A DNA stretch of 64,000 bases from Diplonema japonicum (Eukaryota; Protista; Euglenozoa: Diplonemea), in assembly GCA_964019335.1 (NCBI GenBank), contig OZ025748.1, positions 62,001 to 126,000 on the forward strand, in the 5' to 3' direction. Shown piece by piece: positions 43,842 to 56,474 of the stretch; position 1 is the stretch's first letter, and each line of letters begins with the position of its first letter. The notes under the pieces are model-generated. The model did not search any database. It saw nothing but the letters and a program-made list of their open reading frames with translations, and was not told where the DNA came from. The translations under genes and the position numbers were made by a program.

Positions 43842-44846
43842 ATGAAGAAGTCAGCCCTCCTCTTTGCGATGTGTGCATCCCTTGCTTCTGCACAGCATCC
43901 CTTTGTAAACCCCTTGTTCTACACAAGCGGCGACTGCACTGGGAGCACGGACCCTGCATCGGCACTGTGGAGCTTTCCTGCAAAGGACAATACTGCTGTG
44001 AAGCCCTTCTCCGTGGCAGGGAGGGAATTGAGTGGGGTCATCATCGACACCTGCTTGACAGACAGCAGCGTGGCGTACTCGGTGATGCTGAAGATCGACT
44101 CCACGGCCTGCCCTGGCAACGGTGCGAACACCCTGCAGCTCTCGTACTGGAGCAGCTCCACAACGTGTGCAGCAGCGGCGACCAGTGTGACGACTCTGAC
44201 AGAAGGCAGCTGTGTGGCGACACCTCTCGGGTCCGCCTTCTTCAACACATCGCTCAATGCAAACGAGCTGTGCGTGATGACAAACCTCATCAGCGCCATG
44301 AAGACGGGTGGGCTGAGGCTGGGCAACCACCAACTGTCATCGAACTGCACAGGGTTCTTGCCCACTACCGAACTTGTCGACTTGAACGGGCAGGATTGCG
44401 GGGCTGAGCCGCAGTGCAGGGGGTGCTGCCAGAACTGGGGCACCAGCCCCTGCACACCTGACGGGTCCAAGTACAATGACGCATTGTCGGCATGCCGTGA
44501 GGTGTCGGGGTCGTGGGAGGGTGCCCTCACGACACTGGGCTTCAGTGACAACAAGTGCACAACGAGGGACACCAGCAACCCAATCCATGGGCTTGTGCTC
44601 AAGCTGTCTGACACTGCAGGGTGCACCAGCTACATCAAAAATTACGTCCCTTATTCTATTGAAACAGACCTTGTGGCGCCCCTCACGATCGACATCTACT
44701 GCCAGTGGGTGCAGCTGAACACGAAGTACAATGTCGACGGCTTCCTTTCTTGGGATGAGTTCAACAAGCGTGTGAACGGGGCCCCCGCAGCCCACCCCGT
44801 CTCTGTCTTGGCGCTTGTGGTGCTTCTTGTCACTGTGCTGTTTTAG
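43842..44846 (+). CDS. Cys-rich putative GPI-anchored surface protein, copy 7 (type A variant)
   Basis: Type A with clustered replacements in the C-terminal half. Confidence 0.85.
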   Translation: MKKSALLFAMCASLASAQHPFVNPLFYTSGDCTGSTDPASALWSFPAKDNTAVKPFSVAGRELSGVIIDTCLTDSSVAYSVMLKIDSTACPGNGANTLQLSYWSSSTTCAAAATSVTTLTEGSCVATPLGSAFFNTSLNANELCVMTNLISAMKTGGLRLGNHQLSSNCTGFLPTTELVDLNGQDCGAEPQCRGCCQNWGTSPCTPDGSKYNDALSACREVSGSWEGALTTLGFSDNKCTTRDTSNPIHGLVLKLSDTAGCTSYIKNYVPYSIETDLVAPLTIDIYCQWVQLNTKYNVDGFLSWDEFNKRVNGAPAAHPVSVLALVVLLVTVLF

Positions 44847-45194
44847 ACATCCTTGCTGATGGCAATTCACATCTATATTTTCTTGCTGTAAAATGGAAAT
44901 AAAAACAAAGAAAGGCACAATTGCATTGTTGTTCTAGATATTGTGTCTTTGTAGGTTCTTTATTTTTATGGACGTGCTTGAATTTTAATGTGGGTTGCAA
45001 ATTTTGTTGATGAGCTCCCCCCCCCCCCCTTTTTTCGAAACACCTCCCTCTCCTTTTCGAGACATCCCGAGACTTCTCGCGCTGCTAATCATTATTCCTT
45101 ATTTGTTTTCGTTCTCGCAGGGCTTGCTTCTGTGGCCGCCATAGGGAGGCAAACCACGAGGTACTTGAAGTATGCGCTGTTGTTGTTGGTGTTT

Positions 45195-45468
<274 letters not shown>

Positions 45469-45943
45469 TTTTTTTTTTTTTTTTTTTTTGAACGAGAGGA
45501 AAAAAAAGAGAGGGGGAAAAAAAACAATAATTGTTATATAAATTGTTGCTGCCGAAGGGATTGAGGCAGGCTTGGTCTGACTTCGCACAAACGCTGCAAA
45601 GCCGCCCACCCTTTCTATTATTTTTTGGGTTCAGCAGCGAGTAATCTAGTGAATTTTTACTCATTGTGCCGGGTAAGGATTTTACTTCTACAAGGTGTCT
45701 TTTCTTTGCCATCATATTTCGAAAGTTGTCGAGAACTACAGGGAATTGGCACAATACTTTTTCCGGTGCTATCTCCCGGGCACCACCCCCTTCCCCAGGG
45801 TTACACAGCTCCCTGAGCCCATTTTTTATTAACTACGCAATATATTTACACTAGTCAACCCTTCTTACCCCCCTCCCCCCCGTGTTGCATTTCGCCTTTC
45901 ATGCACAATGCACACAGAAAAACACCAAAAAAAAAAAGAATAA

Positions 45944-46951
45944 ATGAAGAAGTCAGCCCTCCTCTTTGCGATGTGTGCATCCCTTGCTTCTGCACAGCAT
46001 CCCTTTGTAAACCCCTTGTTCTACACAAGCGGCGACTGCACTGGGAGCACGGACCCTGCATCGGCACTGTGGAACTTTCCTGCGAAGGACAATACTGCTG
46101 TGAAGCCCTTCTCCGTGGCAGGGAGGGAATTGAGTGGGGTCACCATCGACACCTGCTTGACAGACAGCAGCGTGGCGTACTCGGTGATGCTGAAGATCGA
46201 CTCCACGGCCTGCCCTGGCAACGGTGCGAACACCCTGCAGCTCTCGTACTGGAATGAGTCCACAACGTGTGCAGCAGCGGCGACCAGTGTGACGACTCTG
46301 ACAGAAGGCAGCTGTGTGGCGACACCTCTCGGGTCCGCCTTCTTCAACACATCGCTCAATGCGAGCGAACTGTGCGTGATGACAAACCTCATCAGCGCCA
46401 TGAAGACGGGTGGGCTGAGGCTGAGCAACCACCAACTGTCATCGAACTGCACAGGGTTCTTGCCCTCCACTCAACTTATCGATTTGAACGGGCAGAGTTG
46501 CGGGGCTGAGCCGCAGTGCAGGGGGTGCTGCCAGAACTGGGACAGCAAGGACTGCACACCTGACGGGTCCCCCAAGTACCTTGACCAACTGGCGACATGC
46601 CGTGAGGTGTCGGGGTCGTGGGAGGGTGCCCTCATGACACTGGGCTTCAGTGACAACAAGTGCACAACAAAGGACACCGGCAACCCAATCCTTGGGATTG
46701 TGCTCAAGCTGTCAGACACTGCAGGGTGCACCAGCTACAGCGAAGGTTACGTCCCTTATTCTATTGAAACAAACCTTGTGGCGCCCCTCACGATCGACAT
46801 CTACTGCCAGTGGGTGCAGCTGAACACGAAGTACAATGTCGACGGCTTCCTTTCTTGGGATGAGTTCAACAAGCGTGTGAACGGGGCCCCCGCAGCCCAC
46901 CCCGTCTCTGTCTTGGCGCTTGTGGTGCTTCTTGTCACTGTGCTGTTTTAG
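45944..46951 (+). CDS. Cys-rich putative GPI-anchored surface protein, copy 8 (type A)
   Basis: Leader of copy 7 joined to the body of copies 3/6, with one S>N change. Confidence 0.85.
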   Translation: MKKSALLFAMCASLASAQHPFVNPLFYTSGDCTGSTDPASALWNFPAKDNTAVKPFSVAGRELSGVTIDTCLTDSSVAYSVMLKIDSTACPGNGANTLQLSYWNESTTCAAAATSVTTLTEGSCVATPLGSAFFNTSLNASELCVMTNLISAMKTGGLRLSNHQLSSNCTGFLPSTQLIDLNGQSCGAEPQCRGCCQNWDSKDCTPDGSPKYLDQLATCREVSGSWEGALMTLGFSDNKCTTKDTGNPILGIVLKLSDTAGCTSYSEGYVPYSIETNLVAPLTIDIYCQWVQLNTKYNVDGFLSWDEFNKRVNGAPAAHPVSVLALVVLLVTVLF

Positions 46952-47425
46952 ACATCATGAATTAATGCAAAATAAAGTGAAGTCGAAAATAAAAGAAAAA
47001 TAAAGATGGAAAAAAAGAATCCAAATACCTGTGTTCTTGTGGACAATGTGACTTCAATTAGACAAGCAGCAATGCCGTTCGTATCTCTCTCTCTCCCTTT
47101 TGTAAGCAGCTAGTAGGAAACTTGGTATATAGTTTCCCCCGCTGATGGCAATTTACAACATTCACATTCTCAAAAAAAAGAAAAGAAATGAAAAGGAAAC
47201 TACTGACATGTGTGCTTTGAATTGAATATAATGTTATAATTCTTTTATTGAACAATCAACTACCACCCCCCTCCCTCTTTTTAGCTCCCCCCCCTATTTT
47301 ATCATTCTCCCTGGTTTGTTTCATTCTTTTTTTTTTCTTTCATTCTTGCAGTTCGTTTCTGTTCTGGTCCTACCATAGGGTCGAGATTAAGTACTGCATT
47401 TTTTTTTTTTTTTTTTTTTTTTTTC

Positions 47426-48360
47426 TAGAAGAGAGAACACGAGAGCCCGCAAGGCACTTGCAGAAATTGAACGCCTCGCAGCAACGAGACTTTACCACAA
47501 CCGCAAGGTACAGATCATCGCAGAGAACATCCTACCGTCCGCCTTCTACGGCGTCCTCTTCGACCCAATCCCTGCCCGGCACACGCCGGTTTTAGAACGG
47601 CCAACGCCGACCGCGAATGGCTAGTGCAAGAACACATCAACTGGCCAATCTGCACCCGCGTACACGGCATCATTACCTCGGACTTGGACATCAGCCTATC
47701 GAGAGTCAAGGAGCTCCACCTGATGCTAGCAGAAGTGGCAGGCAAGCTCGAGAACCTACACGCCGACAAGCAGGTCAGGTACACGAAACAGCATTTTTGG
47801 AATAGACCATTCCGACCGGGGAACCTCTTAACCTCGAAGCCTCTCCCCTGGTACCACGAACATGGGCTGCAGAAGAAATACTTCCCAGGCCTAATCCCAT
47901 TTGTCCTCAACTGGCTGAATGCCCTAAAATGGGGCGAGGAAGGCGGGCAAGTTTCTAAGGCGGAACTAGCAGTCGACCTCATTGCAACGGAAAGGCTCCA
48001 CATGGGTGGGGAAGACATAGCGTGCTGGGCGAGAAAGCTCGGCAGGATTCTCAGCGTCTTAGAAAGGATTCATCTAAAAGGGACGGGGAATCATCTGATT
48101 CCGGCAGAAACTATGAAGTCAGTACACTCGTCACTGGTTACTCCACTCGTCCGATCTTCGCGTCCCCGAAGGTCACCCACTCGATCCTAGAGGAACAAAT
48201 TGCATCCTCAACAACTCGCTAGTTGGTTTCACGCCCAAGCTGCTGAATAGATACCACGACGGGCCTAAGGCACTACCACGACAGAAGGGATCAAACACTA
48301 GATGAATTGATTGTCGTTAGGCGATCCTGTCACATACTGCAGGTTCCCTTCAAAGACACC
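47426..48360 (+). mobile_element. Frameshifted 3' remnant of a second non-LTR retroelement family
   Basis: VLNWLNALKW...VSKAELAVD aligns with VLKWLRGLRW...VTTMELAID; GYSTRPIF (shifted frame) with GYDRRPLF. T-runs on both sides. Confidence 0.8.
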
Positions 48361-49425
48361 TTTTTTTTTTTTTAAAAGGATTTTGTATTTATTATGTTAT
48401 GTAAAAAGTCCCAAATTGGTCAGATCCCAAAAAATACCCCCCCCCCCCCGGCGGTGTGGTCACAGTTAAAGACCAACGACTGCGGTGTATCTGTGTTCCA
48501 TCATCACAGCATCCACCTTCTTACAGAGGAGACGCCGTTGATCCGCGATCTCGTCTATGGTTATAAGTGTTATAGCCAATGGGCGAGTTAAGAAGTAGGG
48601 GTTAGGTCAAAAAAAAAAAAATAAAAGAAAATTCAAATGCGGAACAAAATTAAGTAAGTACAAATCCGGTATTTCCCCCCCCCCCCCCTTTTTTCAAGAG
48701 TTGTACCAACGTACAAGCAAATATATCGACTCTTTTTGTTTGTTTGTTTTTTTTTTTTTTTTTTTTTTTGCCTCTTTTTTCATTCTTTTTTTTTTTTTTA
48801 AATATTTTATACAGAACCTATATTTCTTCCGGCGCTTTGTGCTTCTGCCCGAGTTCTTTCTAGTTGTTTTCACCCATTACTTTCTCCAAAGAAAGATATG
48901 TGAAACCTGCAACTCAAAGAAAAAACTGAACCGAAACGAGTTGGCTGAAAGATTGTTGGACTAGTAACAGAAGGCAAAGCGCTTGCGTAGCAGAATTAGG
49001 ACAAAGAACTTTTTTTTTTTTTTTCTCTCTCTCTTTTTTCCCCCCACCACTCTTCTCTAGCCAAATGAGAAGCAGGTAAAAAAAAGGGGGGGAGAAACAA
49101 AAAAAAAGCCTTTTTTTTTTTTGCCCTCCTTTTTTTTTTCAACTTCATTTCGAACACCCGTTTGTTTCCTTTCTCTCTCCGCTCTTACTTTCGATGTCAG
49201 GCAGGTAACCCCCCCCCCCCCCCCCCCTATGAGGGCACTTTGTAGGGGGGGGGGAGTTACTGCTCCAATATCATTTATTTCCCCTGTCTTCTTTTTCTTT
49301 TTTTTTTGTAGTCCAAAAACAAAGAAAAAAAACCACCACCACCCCCCCAAAAAAAAGGTTATCTTGTCTCTCTCTCTCTCTCTCACTCACTCACTTTAAA
49401 TTAAAAAAAATAAAAAAGAAAAAAA

Positions 49426-50421
49426 ATGATGAAATCCGGAATTCTCCTCGTGATGTGTGCGTCCTTAACGACTGCATCGAACCTATTCCCAGCACCCTTG
49501 TTCTACACAAGCAGCGACTGCACTGGGGACACAGACCCTGCATCGGCACTGTGGAGCTTTCCTGCAAAGGACAATGTTGCCGTGCAACCCTTCTCAGGGA
49601 GCGATCAGTTCACAGGTTACGCCATCAACACGTGCATGACGGACAGCAGCATAACGTACTCGGTGATGTTGAAGATCGACACCACGGCCTGCCCTAACAA
49701 CGGGAACAACGCCCTGCAGTTCTCGTACTGGGCCAACTCCACAACATGCGAGGCAACACCAACCAGCACAACAACGTTGATAAGAAACACCTGTGTAACG
49801 ACACCCCTCGGGTCTGCAAAGTTCACCGCAGCCATGACAACTTCACAAATATGCACAATTATGAACTACCGTGTGGCAGTGCAGACAGGCGGGCTGCAAA
49901 CCCGTCTCTGGCAAGGCAACGGTTGTGATCTTCTTCCCATTTATGACATGACGGCTACCATGCAGCAGCAGCCGTGCGGGGGGGTTGCGAACTACACAGG
50001 ATGCCATGCCACCTACGACCAGTCCTGCGTTAGGAGGGAAAAGCCAAGCTACACCGCCACCCTGTATGCATGCAACAAGGTTAGCAACGGTTGGGAGATG
50101 GCGACGGCCACCCTCGGCTTCACCGACGACAAATGTACAACGTCGGACAACAGCTCTCCTTTGAACGGGTTGACAAGGCAGTTTGGGTACTGTGTGAATT
50201 ATGTGTCGGGGGGTGAGGCGGCCTCTATCAGCACGGGTGTGAAGGCACCCCTTACAGCGGATATCTTCTGCAGTTTCGTGCAGACTAACCAGAAGCTCAG
50301 TGTCGATGGCTACCTTACTTGGGATGAGTTCAACCGCCGCTTGGGGAACAGTGCTCCTGCGGTGCACCCTGTCCCGCTCTTGGTGTCATTGCTCGTGGTG
50401 GTTCTTACCGTACTTTTCTAA
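49426..50421 (+). CDS. Cys-rich putative GPI-anchored surface protein, copy 9 (divergent)
   Basis: Same architecture. Confidence 0.85.
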   Translation: MMKSGILLVMCASLTTASNLFPAPLFYTSSDCTGDTDPASALWSFPAKDNVAVQPFSGSDQFTGYAINTCMTDSSITYSVMLKIDTTACPNNGNNALQFSYWANSTTCEATPTSTTTLIRNTCVTTPLGSAKFTAAMTTSQICTIMNYRVAVQTGGLQTRLWQGNGCDLLPIYDMTATMQQQPCGGVANYTGCHATYDQSCVRREKPSYTATLYACNKVSNGWEMATATLGFTDDKCTTSDNSSPLNGLTRQFGYCVNYVSGGEAASISTGVKAPLTADIFCSFVQTNQKLSVDGYLTWDEFNRRLGNSAPAVHPVPLLVSLLVVVLTVLF

Positions 50422-50541
50422 TAAAAAAATAATAAAAAAAAAAAAAAAGAGTAGTTTTTTTATTAAAAAAAAAAAAAAGTTTGTAGTTTTTGTTTTTTGT
50501 TTTTTGTTTTTTTTTTTATTTTGGCAAAGGGAGAAACGAAG

Positions 50542-50575
<34 letters not shown>

Positions 50576-51463
50576 CAGTAAAACGGATTCCCGTTTTCAT
50601 TGGCGTCGTCTCCTTTTTCATCGTAAAAGAAAAAAAAAAGAAAGAAACTTCTTTCGATCAGCTGCGAACTTTTTTTTTTTCCCCTTCTGGTTGGCCGTTG
50701 GGCTGTCCACTTTCGTTTCCTATAACAGTGAACTTTTTCTTCTTTATTTTATTATTCAACTGCAATATGGGTTGAAACTGTAAAACACTTTTTTTTTTTT
50801 TTTTTTTTTTTTACCTTGCAAAAAATACCATATTCCCCTCTCTCTCTCTCTCCTTGTCTTGCCTTTCTGCTGCTAACTTAAGAAGGGAAAAAAAAGTACA
50901 TATTTGAACACGAACTGAATGTAACCCAAAGAAGGGAGACACAGAGGGCCATACAAAGCGAAGCTCCCTTTTTATCGTCGTCCCTCGGCCGTCGCGTTAC
51001 ATTTCTTCCTTCAAAATGCTCTTTCTTTTCATTCACGTGGCGTTGACTCTTGGCTGATTTTTGTTAAAGCAGCCTTTAATTGTGTGAGATGCCCCGTCTC
51101 ACCAAGCAGCCACCTCAGGCAAAACGGTACCTGAAATCGAGTTTTTTTTCTCTCTCTCTCTTCAGGTCTTCACAACTAGGGATGTGGAACTTTGCACAAC
51201 CGGCATTTGTTCCTGCACTCTTTCCCCGCCTTCTTTCTCCCTCTTTTCTCCCACCCCCTCTCGAACGCAGCAAAAGCCGCACACCGCTGGTATCAACGAT
51301 AAAACCGCGGAACAAAAAAGCTACCGCTCGCGACCGAAATCCCCATCATCCCCCCCGCCCCCTTTTTCTTATTCGCTTTCTTTTTCGCACGTGCAATGTG
51401 TCATCGGTTAACAAAAGGTTGATATAAAAGAAGAAAAAAAAAAAAAAAGAAAACATATATAAC

Positions 51464-52477
51464 ATGAGTTCCCTCCTTCTCTTCGCGATATCTGTGTGTT
51501 CCTCTGCCGCAGGCCCCATTCCGGCACCCGCGTTCTACACCAGCAGCGACTGCACAGGGAGCACGGACCCTGCATCTGCGAAGTGGAGCTACCTTGCAGA
51601 GGACAATGTCGCCGTGAAGCCATTCTCAGACAGCGAGAAGTGGTTCAGCGGCCACGCCATCAACACGTGCATGACGGACAGCAGCATAACGTACTCGGTG
51701 ATGTTGAAGATCGACACCACGGCCTGCCCTAACAACGGGAACAACGCCCTGCAGTTCTCGTACTGGGCCAGCTCGTCCTCGTGTGAGGGAACACCGACCA
51801 GCACAACAACACTGACCGCAGGCACCTGTGTAACGACACCCCTCGGGTCTGCAAAGTTCAAGTCCTCGCTGACGGAAAGCGACCTGTGCAAACTGTGGGC
51901 GTACCGCACCGCTGTTCAAACAGGCGGCCTGAGGATCAGGGAGTGGGAAGGGTCGCAGTGCAACAACGGTGCCTCGTTCTTCAACACAACAGGAAGCCTG
52001 GGACAGCAGCCGTGTGGGAACATCCCTGACTGCGGGGGGTGCTGCCCGAACTACGTTTCTTGCCAGAGGGCATCGAAGCCTGACTTCTTCGAGTCCCTCG
52101 TGACATGCAAGAAGGTCGGGAGCAGCTGGGAGATGGCTCTGGCAAACCTCGGTTTCAGCGACGACAAGTGCACCAACTCCGACAACCACCACCCCTTGCA
52201 AGGTGTGGTCAGGAAGTTCGGGTCCTGCTCTGTGTTCAAGGTGTTGGGTGTGACCTACGCCGCCTTCATTGATCTGAAGGCACCCCTCACTGCGGAGATC
52301 TTCTGCGATTTTGTTCTCCTCAACGCCAAGAGAAACATATCTGGTTTCGTCACCTACAGCGATTTCGACAAGATGGTCAGTGGTAGTGGTGGTGGTGGTG
52401 CGAACGGAGGGTTCGCAGTGCACCCCATGTCTGTCCTCACTGTAGTGGTCTTGTTCTTTGCTGTTGCACTGTTTTAG
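51464..52477 (+). CDS. Cys-rich putative GPI-anchored surface protein, copy 10 (divergent)
   Basis: Same architecture; Gly-rich linker before the hydrophobic tail. Confidence 0.85.
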   Translation: MSSLLLFAISVCSSAAGPIPAPAFYTSSDCTGSTDPASAKWSYLAEDNVAVKPFSDSEKWFSGHAINTCMTDSSITYSVMLKIDTTACPNNGNNALQFSYWASSSSCEGTPTSTTTLTAGTCVTTPLGSAKFKSSLTESDLCKLWAYRTAVQTGGLRIREWEGSQCNNGASFFNTTGSLGQQPCGNIPDCGGCCPNYVSCQRASKPDFFESLVTCKKVGSSWEMALANLGFSDDKCTNSDNHHPLQGVVRKFGSCSVFKVLGVTYAAFIDLKAPLTAEIFCDFVLLNAKRNISGFVTYSDFDKMVSGSGGGGANGGFAVHPMSVLTVVVLFFAVALF

Positions 52478-52959
52478 AGAGACATAAAAAAAACCCCCCC
52501 CCCGCTTTTTTTTTGCTCACATTTGATACGATCCAATTTGAGCAAAAAGAAAAGAAAAGAAAAAAAGAAAAAAAAACTTTCGTGCTTCTATTTTTTTTTT
52601 TTTTTTCACTTCCTCCCTTCTTTATTTTATTTTTTTCCTGCGACAAGCATAGGCAGCGGGTGCAAGAATAATACATGCCCCATAACATGCTTAAGCCGGA
52701 TGTTACCTTCCCCCCTCCCCCTTTGACTCCCCCAAATGAATAAAAACTACCTATTCTGTGTCACGTCGAGTTGTGTACTTTTTGTTGTTGTCTAGGTATA
52801 TCAAAAAAAAAAATAAAAAAAAAAAGTGGTAAGTTATTTGGTCTGATTTCTTCCTTAGGACGACCCCCCTCCCCGAAAAAAAAACATTATCGGGGAGGTT
52901 TTTTACCTTCCACGAACTTCCTCTCTCTTCTGGACAGTCGTGAAAAAAAAAGAGAATAG

Positions 52960-53000
<41 letters not shown>

Positions 53001-53336
53001 CTCTTTTCCTCTTTTTTCTCACCGCACCACTTTTTCCCCTCTCTTTTTTATTTTGTATTTTGTCCTACCGGTCCCGCAACCTCACCGCTGCATCTCTGAC
53101 CTCTGGCCTTTTCGACTCGGTGAACCGAATGAAGATCGTCTTTCCTCACATTTGCTTTCTATCTTTCATGGAATGAAGTACGGATTCTTCCTGTGTGCCT
53201 ACTGTCTGGCTAGATCAGGTAGATTTCGGCGAATTCTTCGGACTCTTCCCCATCACAAAAAAAAAAAAACTTACCCCCCCTCCCCCCAATTTACTAAATA
53301 AAAACAAGAGAAAAAAAAAAACAAGAAAACACAAAA

Positions 53337-54320
53337 ATGAAAGCCGTCCCCTTCCTTGTGATGTGCCTCTCTTGTGCCTCCGCGAATCTTCTGGCGCAAC
53401 CCGTGTTCTACGCTGGTGAGAACTGCACAGGGGACGTCGACCCTGCTTCTGCGCTGTGGGGCTATTCCACTAAGAACGATGTCACGGTGAAACCCTTCTC
53501 GAGCAAAGATTGGTACAGCGGCTACGCCCTCTACCAGTGCATGACGGACAGCAGCATAACGTACTCGGTGATGCTGAAGATCGACTCCACGGCCTGCCCT
53601 GGCAACGGTGAAGATGTCCTGCAACTGTTGTACTGGAAGGACTCGACAACCTGTGAAGGAACAGCGACCAGTGAGACGGTGCTGACCGCAGGCAGCTGTG
53701 TGGGAACGCCACTCGGGTCTGCGATCTTCTCCCCTACCTTGACAACGGCACAGCTCTGCACCGTGACCAACTACCGTGCGGCGCTTCAAACCGGGGGTTT
53801 CTGGTTGAGGGACTGGAAGGGAGCATTGTGCTACAACGGCATTCCCTCCGTGGACGATAAGATTTCTGAGAGCCAGCAAGCTTGTGGGAATGTCAAGCCG
53901 TGCGAGGGTTGCTGCCCGCACTACTCAAACTGCCAGAGGGTGAACAGGCCTTACTTCAGGGAAAGTCTAGCTGCTTGCAACAAACTGTCCGATAACACTT
54001 GGCAAGGCGCCATGGCCACTCTTGGCTTCAACGACGACAAGTGCACACAGCTCGACAACGAGAACACAGAAGGGATGAACAGGAAGCTGGGGTCATGCGA
54101 GACGTTCAAGATCGGTGGCACCACCTACTCGTCACTGCTTGAGCTACAGGCACCCCTCACTATGGGGATCTACTGTGAGTTTGTGCAGCTCAACGTGAAC
54201 CTAAGCGTCGACGGCTTCCTTTCTTGGGATGAGTTCAGCAAGCGTGTGAACGGGGCCCCTGCAGCCCACCCCGTCTCTGTCTTGGCGCTTGTGGTGCTTC
54301 TTGTCACTGTGCTGTTTTAG
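53337..54320 (+). CDS. Cys-rich putative GPI-anchored surface protein, copy 11 (divergent body, type A tail)
   Basis: Same architecture; 3' end nearly identical to type A. Confidence 0.85.
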   Translation: MKAVPFLVMCLSCASANLLAQPVFYAGENCTGDVDPASALWGYSTKNDVTVKPFSSKDWYSGYALYQCMTDSSITYSVMLKIDSTACPGNGEDVLQLLYWKDSTTCEGTATSETVLTAGSCVGTPLGSAIFSPTLTTAQLCTVTNYRAALQTGGFWLRDWKGALCYNGIPSVDDKISESQQACGNVKPCEGCCPHYSNCQRVNRPYFRESLAACNKLSDNTWQGAMATLGFNDDKCTQLDNENTEGMNRKLGSCETFKIGGTTYSSLLELQAPLTMGIYCEFVQLNVNLSVDGFLSWDEFSKRVNGAPAAHPVSVLALVVLLVTVLF

Positions 54321-54556
54321 ACATCCTTCCTGATGGCAATTCCCATCTCGAAAGAAAAGAAGGGAGAACAAAAAAAAAAAAAAAAAAAAAAAAAGAATCT
54401 AAGAAATGTGGTATAAATTGTGTGATTTTTAATTGAATGGTTTCTTGGTTCTACATGTAGCATTTCTTCGGTTTATTTTCCTCTTTTTTTCTTTCTTCTT
54501 TCTTCTTTCTTCTTAGGGCACTGTCCGGCGAAAACGGGGCGGAGCCCCCCTCCCAG

Positions 54557-54701
54557 GGTTATGCTGGCAAGGAAACGCGTTTCCAAGCTTTTTTTTTTTT
54601 TTTTTTTTTTTTTAATTATTTTGGGGGCCGTTTCCTTAAGTATCTGAATAAATAAGGAAACGGGAACAGAAATATTTCCCCGTTTCTTGCCTAGCATAGC
54701 C
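54557..54701. mobile_element. Putative MITE (related copy at ~60658-60958)
   Basis: Inverted ends ggttatgctggcaaggaaacg / cgtttcttgcctagcatagcc; internal aaataaggaaacgg..aaatattt shared with the 60.9 kb copy. Confidence 0.5.
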
Positions 54702-55232
54702 GCCGCCCCCCCATGGCAAGGTCTTGGGGTGTTTTGTATATGGTCAAATGGCCTTAGAAAAGCGTATTTTTTTTTTTTGGCAAAACTGAAAAAAAAAAAA
54801 AACCACCTTAACATGGGGCTTTCCTTTTTTTTTTTTCTTTATACAGCCCCAATGAGAATGCGCGCCAACTTAAGGAAAAATACATATACATTCTTCCGTT
54901 CAGGCCTTGCGGCTGAACGCGAAGATTAAACCCCCCTCCTCCCTGCCGTTGTTTGTCTCAATTATTTTAAGAAGAGGACTACACTTTGTCTTTCTTTCCA
55001 TCTTTTTCTTTTCTTTCCCCCTCTTCGTTTGTAGGGGAAAGAAGGAAGGATGAAGGTTCTTCATGATTCGTAAATACAGTCCCCCCCCCCCCTCCCCCCG
55101 GTTCCCGTTTTCGCCGTCTTTTGCTGTGTTCCTGCCTCTCATATTCGTTTATTCCACTAACTCTTCAGACACCGTTAAGTGTCTTTTTTTTCTTTCTTTT
55201 TTTTTTCTTTTTTCTTTTTTTTTTTCCTTCTT

Positions 55233-55399
55233 CGGTGTTCCCGGAGCGAACCATGAGCAGCATCGACGGCTTGCGGGGCAGTACCGGTCGCAAACCCCGA
55301 CTAGACTGCCCCGCAGAAGGAACCCGCCAGATCCCCCAGAACGGGGACAACGGGGACTAAGCTCAGCTCGGCCGGTGAGCGCATACCTTAAAAGAATAG
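55233..55399 (+). mobile_element. Short 3'-end fragment of the non-LTR family
   Basis: GTRQIPQNGDNGD*; ggccggtgagcgcataccttaaaagaatag; T-rich flanks. Confidence 0.8.
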
Positions 55400-55615
55400 T
55401 ATTTTTTTTTCTTTTTTTTCTTATTCGTCACTTTTCTGAATTCATCATTGTTTTTTTTTTTTGGCATGTTTTTTTCAAAAAAAAAAACCTGCGGGAAAAA
55501 AAAAAAAATACTAGTTCTTTTATTTTTTTCCCCCCTACTCCCCCCACCCACCTTTATTTAGTTATTTGTTTATTTTTTTATATTCCTTGGAGAAGAAAAA
55601 AAAAAAAAAGGTAAG

Positions 55616-56273
55616 ATGAAGTGCATGGCTGTAGTCAAGAACGTGGTTGGCCACCATCCGGGAGCGAACAAATTTGTTCCTCACCCGGTGCAAGGGAATA
55701 TGGGCAGGTGTTTTTGGAAAGTATAGTCCTACAGGAAGAAATCTAAAAAAAAAAAAAAAACAGAGGATGGATGCGCGCTTAAAGGAGCTAAACATAGATA
55801 TCCCTCCAGCACCAGTTCCCGGGGGGAACTTTCTCCCATTCACACAGACAGGGGACCTGGTGTACATTAGTGGACAGGTGCCGAAACACCCCGATGGCAG
55901 TGTCATATCTGGGGTAGTCGGTGCTGATTTGACACTTGAGCAGGGGCAGGCTGCTGCCAGGGTTGCTACATTGAACATGCTTTCTCAAATGAAGGCTGCT
56001 TGCGGCGGTGATCTTTCCCGAGTAAAGAAAATTGTGAAAATTGAAGGCTTTGTAAGGGCCGACCCCTCCTTCGCCTCGCACCCCAAGGTCATTAACGGCT
56101 GCTCGGACTTCCTAGTCGAAGTTTTTGGGAGGGAGGTATGAAAACCCACAAGGGGGAAAAAAAAAAAAAAAATCAAGGTTGGAGCCCATACCCGTTTCGC
56201 CGTTGGCGTGAGCAGCCTCCCTCTTGGTGTCCCAGTGGAGTTGTGCTGTATTTTCGAAATTGCAAAGGAGTGA
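55616..56273 (+). CDS. RidA/YjgF/UK114-family protein; exons 55616-55720 (inferred), 55764-56135, 56178-56273
   Basis: GDLVYISGQVP, INGCSD..VEVFG, then after a 42-nt intron GAHTRFAVGVSSLPLGVPVE. First exon inferred from an in-frame 43-nt GT-AG intron; otherwise the start is 55767. Confidence 0.85.
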
Positions 56274-56281
56274 AAAAAGCT

Positions 56282-56312
<31 letters not shown>

Positions 56313-56313
56313 G

Positions 56314-56367
56314 TTTGTCGTTTAGGCGATTCTGTCACAGTACTGCAGGTTCCCTTTAAGGACACCT
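56314..56367 (+). mobile_element. Solo 3' tail of retroelement family 2 in the T-tract after RidA
   Basis: ttgtcgtttaggcgattctgtcacagtactgcaggttccctttaaggacacc plus T-run; matches 48311-48360. Confidence 0.8.
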
Positions 56368-56474
56368 TTTTTTTTTTTTTTTGTCTCCTTCTTTTTTTTT
56401 TCTTCTCTTTTTCTTCTCCCCCCTTCGATCACGTTTTCAACAGCGGGAAGAAAAAAAGAAAAAGAAAAAAAAAA

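Noticed and set aside
48455-48500. QLKTNDCGV resembling a Ulp1 protease motif
   Set aside because: Too short, with no supporting His/Asp motifs.
55658-55688. Hairpin suggesting a small RNA upstream of RidA
   Set aside because: No recognisable snoRNA/snRNA boxes; better explained as a coding exon.
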